Source: Patescibacteria group bacterium
GTDB taxonomy: Bacteria; Patescibacteriota; Minisyncoccia; Phycocordibacterales; JACOZG01
DNA length: 64,000 nt
Direction: 5' to 3'
Assembly: GCA_034658935.1 (NCBI GenBank)
Contig: JAYEGE010000008.1
Coordinates: 3,400-67,399 of the forward strand
The position numbers and the translations under genes are program-made. The notes beneath the pieces are model-generated. The model was not told the DNA's origin. It searched no databases and was given only the letters and a program-made list of their open reading frames with translations. Shown here piece after piece: positions 58,606 through 64,000 of the stretch. How positions within the stretch are numbered: the stretch's first letter is position 1; every line of letters starts with the position of its first letter.

Positions 58606-59918
58606 ATACCTTCCAATTAGTCATTCTCGGCATCTTCATTTTTCTGGCCATCTTTGCGGTCCTCGTTTTCTCGGGCATTATTCCTTTGGGGGTTGGTTTT
58701 GGTGGCTCGGATCCAGTGGAACTGGTTTGGTGGGGGACGGTACCGTCTCGGGCCCAAGGCCTCGATCTCTCGATCAGAACTTTCAATGCGGAGCACAAGG
58801 ATCAAATTTCGGTTAGATATGTCCAGAAGGATAGTCGGACCTTAGAACAGGAGTTAATTGGGGCCTTGGCGTCTGGTCGGGGGCCCGATCTTATCCTGGC
58901 GCCCCATGAATTAATCATTAGACATGCTGACAAGTTACGTCTCTTCTCCTATGAGTCTATCAGCCAGCGGAAATTTATAGATACTTTTGCTCAAGAGGCT
59001 AGGTTGTGGCTCTACCCAGAGGGGATTCTGGCCCTACCGATGTATATAGATCCATTGGTGCTCTATTATAATCGAGACCTATTTACCACAGCGCGTTTGC
59101 CGTCTCCTCCGCGCACTTGGGAAGAGCTCAGGGATCAGGCCCAGGCTCTGACCCAGACTGACGAGCGTGACAATATATCTCAAAGCGCCATTGCTTTGGG
59201 TGGCTTTAATAATATTGCCTTGGCTAAAGATATTTTGGTCGCTTTGATTATGCAGGCAGGTAACCCCTTGGTCATGCAAGGGGATTCGGAATTCGAGGTG
59301 ACCCTGCGTAATACTCTGGGCTATGCAGAGGCGCCGGCCGGAGGGGCGCTCGCCTTCTTCAATAAGTTTAGCGACTCAGCCAACTCTCTGTATTCTTGGA
59401 ACAGTGCCTTGCCTGAGGCGCGGTCGATGTTTACTCGGAGTGGTCTGGCGATGTATTTGGGTTATGCCAGTGAGCTCAATCTTATTCGCCGGCAGAATCC
59501 CCAACTTAATTTTGATGTCACCACGGTGCCTCAGTCGGCGAGGGCCAATACTGCAGATATTACCTTGGGGCGGCTTTACGGCTTGGCGGCACTGAAATCC
59601 TCCCCGCATGCCACCCACGCCGCCCAGGCCATCTTGTTCTTAGAAGCTCCGGACTTTCTCCAATCATGGTCGGAGGTTGTGGAATTGCCGCCAGCGCGGC
59701 TGGATCTCTTGCGTAATAAACCACAAGACCCGGCCCAAAGTGTGTTCTACGACTCAGCCATTATCGCCCGTGGCTGGTATGATTTTGATCCCCAGGCCAG
59801 TGGCGAAATCATACGAGAGCTGGCTGAGAGCGTTAGGCAGGGGAGGGCTCAGACGGGCGAGGCGCTAAGTCTGGCCCACCAACAATTAACCAATTTGATC
59901 CCAAATTTTGGCCAATAA
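58602..59918 (+). CDS. Extracellular solute-binding protein (family 1)
   Basis: GRGPDL, LYYNRDLF and PRTWEEL. Confidence 0.85.
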   Translation: MNTFQLVILGIFIFLAIFAVLVFSGIIPLGVGFGGSDPVELVWWGTVPSRAQGLDLSIRTFNAEHKDQISVRYVQKDSRTLEQELIGALASGRGPDLILAPHELIIRHADKLRLFSYESISQRKFIDTFAQEARLWLYPEGILALPMYIDPLVLYYNRDLFTTARLPSPPRTWEELRDQAQALTQTDERDNISQSAIALGGFNNIALAKDILVALIMQAGNPLVMQGDSEFEVTLRNTLGYAEAPAGGALAFFNKFSDSANSLYSWNSALPEARSMFTRSGLAMYLGYASELNLIRRQNPQLNFDVTTVPQSARANTADITLGRLYGLAALKSSPHATHAAQAILFLEAPDFLQSWSEVVELPPARLDLLRNKPQDPAQSVFYDSAIIARGWYDFDPQASGEIIRELAESVRQGRAQTGEALSLAHQQLTNLIPNFGQ

Positions 59919-59920
59919 AT

Positions 59921-60355
59921 ATGTTATTTTTTTCTCGACTCAGTAATAAGTCCTGGCTTGCGATATCCTGCTTCCTGCTTGTCCTCGTGGTTTTATTATT
60001 GACCCCGGCTCTGACCTTTGCTCAGGATGGGATTGTTCCCTGTAAGGACGGGTGCGGCTTCGCAGATCTCATACAGCTTATAAAAAATCTCTTAGGTTGG
60101 TTTGTGATGATTGCTGTGCCGGTGGCTACCATGATGATTGTCTATGCTGGCGCCCTGCTTGTCACTGCCCCGACAGATACCGGTAAGCGCGTTAAGGCTA
60201 AAAGTGTTTTCAAGGTGGCAGTCATCGGCTTGGTTGCTGTCTTGGCCGCCTGGCTGATCGTTGATACAATATTAAATGAGTTAACTGGCACGGGGATTGA
60301 TCAGAGAACAGAAAATATATCATCCTCTGCGCCACCACTCCTTAGACAGTCATGA
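59921..60355 (+). CDS. VirB2/TrbC-like pilin
   Basis: Signal peptide, GIVPC...C and two TM helices separated by KAK. Confidence 0.7.
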   Translation: MLFFSRLSNKSWLAISCFLLVLVVLLLTPALTFAQDGIVPCKDGCGFADLIQLIKNLLGWFVMIAVPVATMMIVYAGALLVTAPTDTGKRVKAKSVFKVAVIGLVAVLAAWLIVDTILNELTGTGIDQRTENISSSAPPLLRQS

Positions 60356-60798
60356 TCAAAAGAAAAGCATTTTTACACCACCTAAGTGTGTTACTGGCCA
60401 CGTTTATGGTGTTTGGCCTGTTTTCTACTGCTGGCGTTGCCTTAGCGGGTCCCCTTGGGGGCGGCGAGACGAGTGAGTCATCCGGTGGTTTAACCAATCC
60501 ACTTGAGCCTGCCGGCATAGATAGTATTCCCCTTCTTATAGATAAAATCTTAGAGATAGTTGTTAAGGTGGGATTACCGATTGTGGCGATAGCGATAATC
60601 TACACTGGTTTCCTTTTTGTCTCGGCCCGAGGCGATCCCAGCAAATTAACTACAGCCAAGGACGCCTTTAAATACACCATCATCGGCGCTGCTATTGTCT
60701 TGGGGGCCGCCGTCATTTCTGCGGCTATCAATGCGACAGTGGACGAGATAAGGTCTGATGCTACCGTGCTTATTAATATTTTCTCAAATATTGTATGA
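60352..60798 (+). CDS. VirB2/TrbC-like pilin
   Basis: LTNPL, ARGDPSKLTTAK and YTIIG. Confidence 0.75.
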   Translation: MIKRKAFLHHLSVLLATFMVFGLFSTAGVALAGPLGGGETSESSGGLTNPLEPAGIDSIPLLIDKILEIVVKVGLPIVAIAIIYTGFLFVSARGDPSKLTTAKDAFKYTIIGAAIVLGAAVISAAINATVDEIRSDATVLINIFSNIV

Positions 60799-61145
60799 AG
60801 AGATTATATCCCAGCCTATTGATTGCTCTTATCGCTTTGCCTGCGGTGGCCTTGGCGACTGATCGCACTATTGCCCAAATAATCAAAGAGACCCTCATCC
60901 GTGATTTGGCTCCCCCCGTTGTTGTCCTTATTCTTACATTGGCGCTAGTTTATTTCTTCGCTGGAGTTGCTAAGTATATTGGCAAGGCTGGCGAGAGCAA
61001 AGATCGGGAAGAGGGTAAGAAGATGATGGTCTACGGCATTATTGGTCTGGCGGTAATGATCGCAGTCTGGGGACTTGTTGCTCTGCTGGTGAATACCTTT
61101 TTCCCTGGGGGGCCTCCTGACGCTATCCCCACCCTTACGTTGTAA
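60795..61145 (+). CDS. VirB2/TrbC-like pilin
   Basis: GVAKYI...EEGKKMMVYGIIGLAVMIAVWGLV. Confidence 0.75.
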   Translation: MKRLYPSLLIALIALPAVALATDRTIAQIIKETLIRDLAPPVVVLILTLALVYFFAGVAKYIGKAGESKDREEGKKMMVYGIIGLAVMIAVWGLVALLVNTFFPGGPPDAIPTLTL

Positions 61146-61239
61146 TTCATAGCCCAGATTAGAGGGTGTGGTACAATTTGAATAGTTAGTATAATTATAA
61201 AAGGTCGTTTTTAGGTATTATTATTGTTATTAAAAAAAT

Positions 61240-61587
61240 ATGAGTAAAGTTGGAAAATGGTTCATGGGGATAGGAGTTTTCGCCCTTCCTATGTTGGCAG
61301 CTGCCGAAAATTTGGAAGATACCGTGGGCACTGTTGATTCATTGCTGCGATCTGTCATCCCTATAATTATGGTTTTGGCCATCCTCTACTTCTTCTGGGG
61401 ATTGGTCAAGTACATCCAGGCCGCCGGGGATGCTGGTAAGGCCTCAGAAGGGAAGAGCATCATGATCTATGGTATTATTGCCCTTTTCGTGATGTCAGCC
61501 ATTTGGGGTTTGGTAGGATTACTGTCTGAGACTTTTGTCTCTGATGGTGGCGATGCTCCTGATTCGGCAGATCTACTTCCCACATAA
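61240..61587 (+). CDS. VirB2/TrbC-like pilin
   Basis: GLVKYI...EGKSIMIYGIIALFVMSAIWGLV. Confidence 0.75.
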   Translation: MSKVGKWFMGIGVFALPMLAAAENLEDTVGTVDSLLRSVIPIIMVLAILYFFWGLVKYIQAAGDAGKASEGKSIMIYGIIALFVMSAIWGLVGLLSETFVSDGGDAPDSADLLPT

Positions 61588-61624
61588 TCTTTCTAATGAT
61601 TAGTGGCGACAGCTAAAACTTATC

Positions 61625-61864
61625 TTGGACTCACTCTTAACCAAAATAAATACCGAACTTCTGAACCCGTTTATTGCCCTGCTTTTTGCTCTTGCTTTAG
61701 TCTTTTTCCTCTATGGTGTGTATGAGTATGTCAAAGGGGCTGATAGTGGAACAATTAGGGAAACGGGGAAGATGCATATGATTTGGGGGGTTGTTGGTAT
61801 GGCCATCATGGTTTCAGCTTTTGGGATCATGGGAGTGATCTGCAAGACGATTGGTAGTTGTTGA
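61625..61864 (+). CDS. VirB2/TrbC-like pilin (short)
   Basis: FLYGVYEYV...GKMHMIWGVVGMAIM. Confidence 0.7.
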   Translation: MDSLLTKINTELLNPFIALLFALALVFFLYGVYEYVKGADSGTIRETGKMHMIWGVVGMAIMVSAFGIMGVICKTIGSC

Positions 61865-61971
61865 TCGACAATAACATGACTGTGAGTAAAATCGGAAAAT
61901 GGTTTCTGGGTATGGGGCTTCTCGCTCCGCCTATGTTGGCGCTCGCCGCTGACGATGATTTATATGGATAA

Positions 61972-62008
61972 AACGTCCCGGTCCGCCATGGCGGACCGGG
62001 GCGTTTTT
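61972..62008. terminator. Bidirectional terminator
   Basis: AAAACGTCCCGGTCCGCCATGGCGGACCGGGGCGTTTT. Confidence 0.65.
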
Positions 62009-62082
62009 GTTTGAGAACAAAAAAAGCGAGGGCGGCATTTCCTTTCGGAAACGTAGCTCTCGCTTGTGTACAGGGGAGTGGC

Positions 62083-63048
62083 CTATTGGCGCAATATCTG
62101 TATCGCCCCATTCGATACTTGATTACCTGCTACTGACTCGTCGGTTCTCCAATGCCCGACGTAGTCCTGCCCCCCGGCCCTCCTTTCGAGGACCATGTTA
62201 CCCCAGCCGCCTGGTTCTCTCCAGTCACCAGACATACTGGAGGCTGGGCCGGATATCTCGACGTAGCCTCTGCCCTTGGGGGTTAGATATTGGAAGGACA
62301 GATTTCTTCGGCCCCCCTCCATATGCTCGATCTTGTGCCGAGTCATCATCTCTCCGTCTTCGTCGTAGACAACCATGACCCACTTTGGCTCGGCCAGCCG
62401 AGCCCTCTCGATCGCTTCGACTCTGGCGTCTGCTACTTTCGCCGCCTCCCATCGTGTTTGTACTGGTTGGGAGGAGAGGAGTAGGGCCAAGAGGATAGTT
62501 ATGCTATTGAGCCATATGCCCGCACGACGAAAGTGGAGGGAAAAGGCTGCCCAGCCCACCAATAAGACGAAGAAGGAAAACCAACCTTCGTCCCACCAAG
62601 TCTGCCACGTCTCCCACCTAACTTTGCGTTCTGGGTGGAAGTAGATGGTGCCCAGGGCTACTGCCCAGAAGACAGCGGCGAGCCAATAAGTCCTGACGAT
62701 GCCCTGTCGGGTTTCAGCCGCTTCCGCCGCATCTTCTGCAGCTGCTGGGGTCCCCGCGGTCCTTGCTTCGCGGGCTCTTTTTCTGGTGCCTCCGATCGAA
62801 ACTACGACGCTGATGATAAGAGCAAGGGCCAGCACGGGGCCTACAAAACTCATGATGATTCCCCACGAGATCTCTGTGCCCGTGCTTGCTACACCCACAG
62901 TCGTTGCCGCGCTCGCACTTGTTCCTGTTGTGCCGCCTGTGTTTACCTCCTCGCTACCTCCTTGCGCGGCGTTCAAGATCAAGAGAATGCCGATGACGAT
63001 TGCCACAACAATGATGGCAATCACTTTGATCCACTTATTTCTCGTCAT
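62083..63048 (-). CDS. Hypothetical multi-TM membrane protein
   Basis: Several hydrophobic helices and a C-terminal soluble domain. Confidence 0.7.
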   Translation of the reverse strand: MTRNKWIKVIAIIVVAIVIGILLILNAAQGGSEEVNTGGTTGTSASAATTVGVASTGTEISWGIIMSFVGPVLALALIISVVVSIGGTRKRAREARTAGTPAAAEDAAEAAETRQGIVRTYWLAAVFWAVALGTIYFHPERKVRWETWQTWWDEGWFSFFVLLVGWAAFSLHFRRAGIWLNSITILLALLLSSQPVQTRWEAAKVADARVEAIERARLAEPKWVMVVYDEDGEMMTRHKIEHMEGGRRNLSFQYLTPKGRGYVEISGPASSMSGDWREPGGWGNMVLERRAGGQDYVGHWRTDESVAGNQVSNGAIQILRQ

Positions 63049-63301
63049 TTCTCAGTCTCCCTTTCAGTTTTTTGTTTTCCTTGATCTTTGCCAAGAGAAG
63101 CCCGGGAAGTTCTGTAAAAGCAACTGGTATAATCACTAGCCCTTGAGCCAGCAACACCATGCTCTGTAGGAGTCTCCATAGGCCCCGTTTTTTCTGTAGT
63201 CGACCGTTAGCTGCACGACAGAGACTGTCGATCAGAGGATAGCTGAGGTCAAGCCCCAGCGATACCATCAACACGATGAGAAACCGTATCCAGAATTCCA
63301 T
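63035..63301 (-). CDS. Small membrane protein
   Basis: GGGAGG SD and two hydrophobic segments; overlaps the start of the next gene. Confidence 0.55.
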   Translation of the reverse strand: MEFWIRFLIVLMVSLGLDLSYPLIDSLCRAANGRLQKKRGLWRLLQSMVLLAQGLVIIPVAFTELPGLLLAKIKENKKLKGRLRNDEK

Positions 63302-63540
63302 GAGAGTACCTCCCGTATCTTCTACTCAGTAGAGCCCTAGGGCTCGAAATTCAGGTCTTTTGTCAAGGAACCACTCCTCGATGCTACCCCCAGTGTAGCA
63401 TATATATGTCGTATTTGTCAAGTATAGGGTTGACAAGATCATCTAATTATGATAGACTAGGGGCAGTTACCAATCCAGTATCTTATGCCTATGTTGGTGT
63501 AGATATGGGGTGATCGGACCTTAACATAAGGGGTTATGCC

Positions 63541-64000
63541 ATGTTTCTGAATATCCTGTTGGGTGTGTTGTTGTTCTCGGCAAGTGTAATCGTACTCATC
63601 GGGGTGCTCTGGGTTTCTGCCCTGCACAAGATCCATGCTTCATTCGTGGCGCACGGGACGATTGAATTGGTGATGGCCGGCGAGACCCTCTTCAAGGTTC
63701 TCGCCAACGTGCCGGGTTATTACTATGACCCGATTACAAAGAGAATGAGAAAACTAGCGGTAGGCGAAGAAGACCCAAATGAGGGCAAGATTGCTAGTTA
63801 CTTGCGTAGAAGGTGGGGTTTTTTCTGGGTAAGTATCCTGTATCCAATGCGCCAAGTCCATCGTTTTGTCCTGGCATCCCCAGACAAACTGGAAAGTCAG
63901 GGGCGTCAGGTGGAGACTGGAGTTGCGGCCCCCGGTGAAGTGCGGAAGCGGCTGTTGGCTCAACCCAATAGGCTTACAGAGTTCTTGCTCTGGCAGATCC
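63541..64000 (+). CDS. Hypothetical membrane-anchored protein (3' partial)
   Basis: MFLNILLGVLLFSASVIVLIGVLW..., open to the window end; TTGACA at about 63430. Confidence 0.65.
   Translation, partial: MFLNILLGVLLFSASVIVLIGVLWVSALHKIHASFVAHGTIELVMAGETLFKVLANVPGYYYDPITKRMRKLAVGEEDPNEGKIASYLRRRWGFFWVSILYPMRQVHRFVLASPDKLESQGRQVETGVAAPGEVRKRLLAQPNRLTEFLLWQI

Overview
Bacterial chromosome segment with a gene set typical of Patescibacteria/CPR, Parcubacteria-like (inferred from gene content). Housekeeping genes: secA 3' end, murB, gatB, murJ, lepA, valS, tsaD, murA, trxB, ftsZ/ftsA, ybeY, rpsU, hisS, lepB, folD, pth, rpsA, gyrA. It also has RNase P RNA, six tRNAs, a sipW-tasA-like surface operon and a VirB2-like pilin array. 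Accessory signals: (1) A decayed diversity-generating retroelement at 8.0-10.4 kb. Its template repeat is identical to the variable repeat over 117 nt and has no AA dinucleotide; avd is antisense and frameshifted, and the RT is broken. (2) Three REP-associated Y1 tyrosine transposases, each flanked by its own palindrome family. (3) Short hairpin elements and heptamer tracts inserted into tRNA duplicates (including a tRNA-Phe copy with a hairpin in three arms, next to a GIY-YIG gene), into RNase P RNA, and in frame into tsaD, valS, gyrA and lepA. (4) An internally deleted IS and several gene relics near tRNAs. All calls come from reading the sequence by eye; no searches were run.
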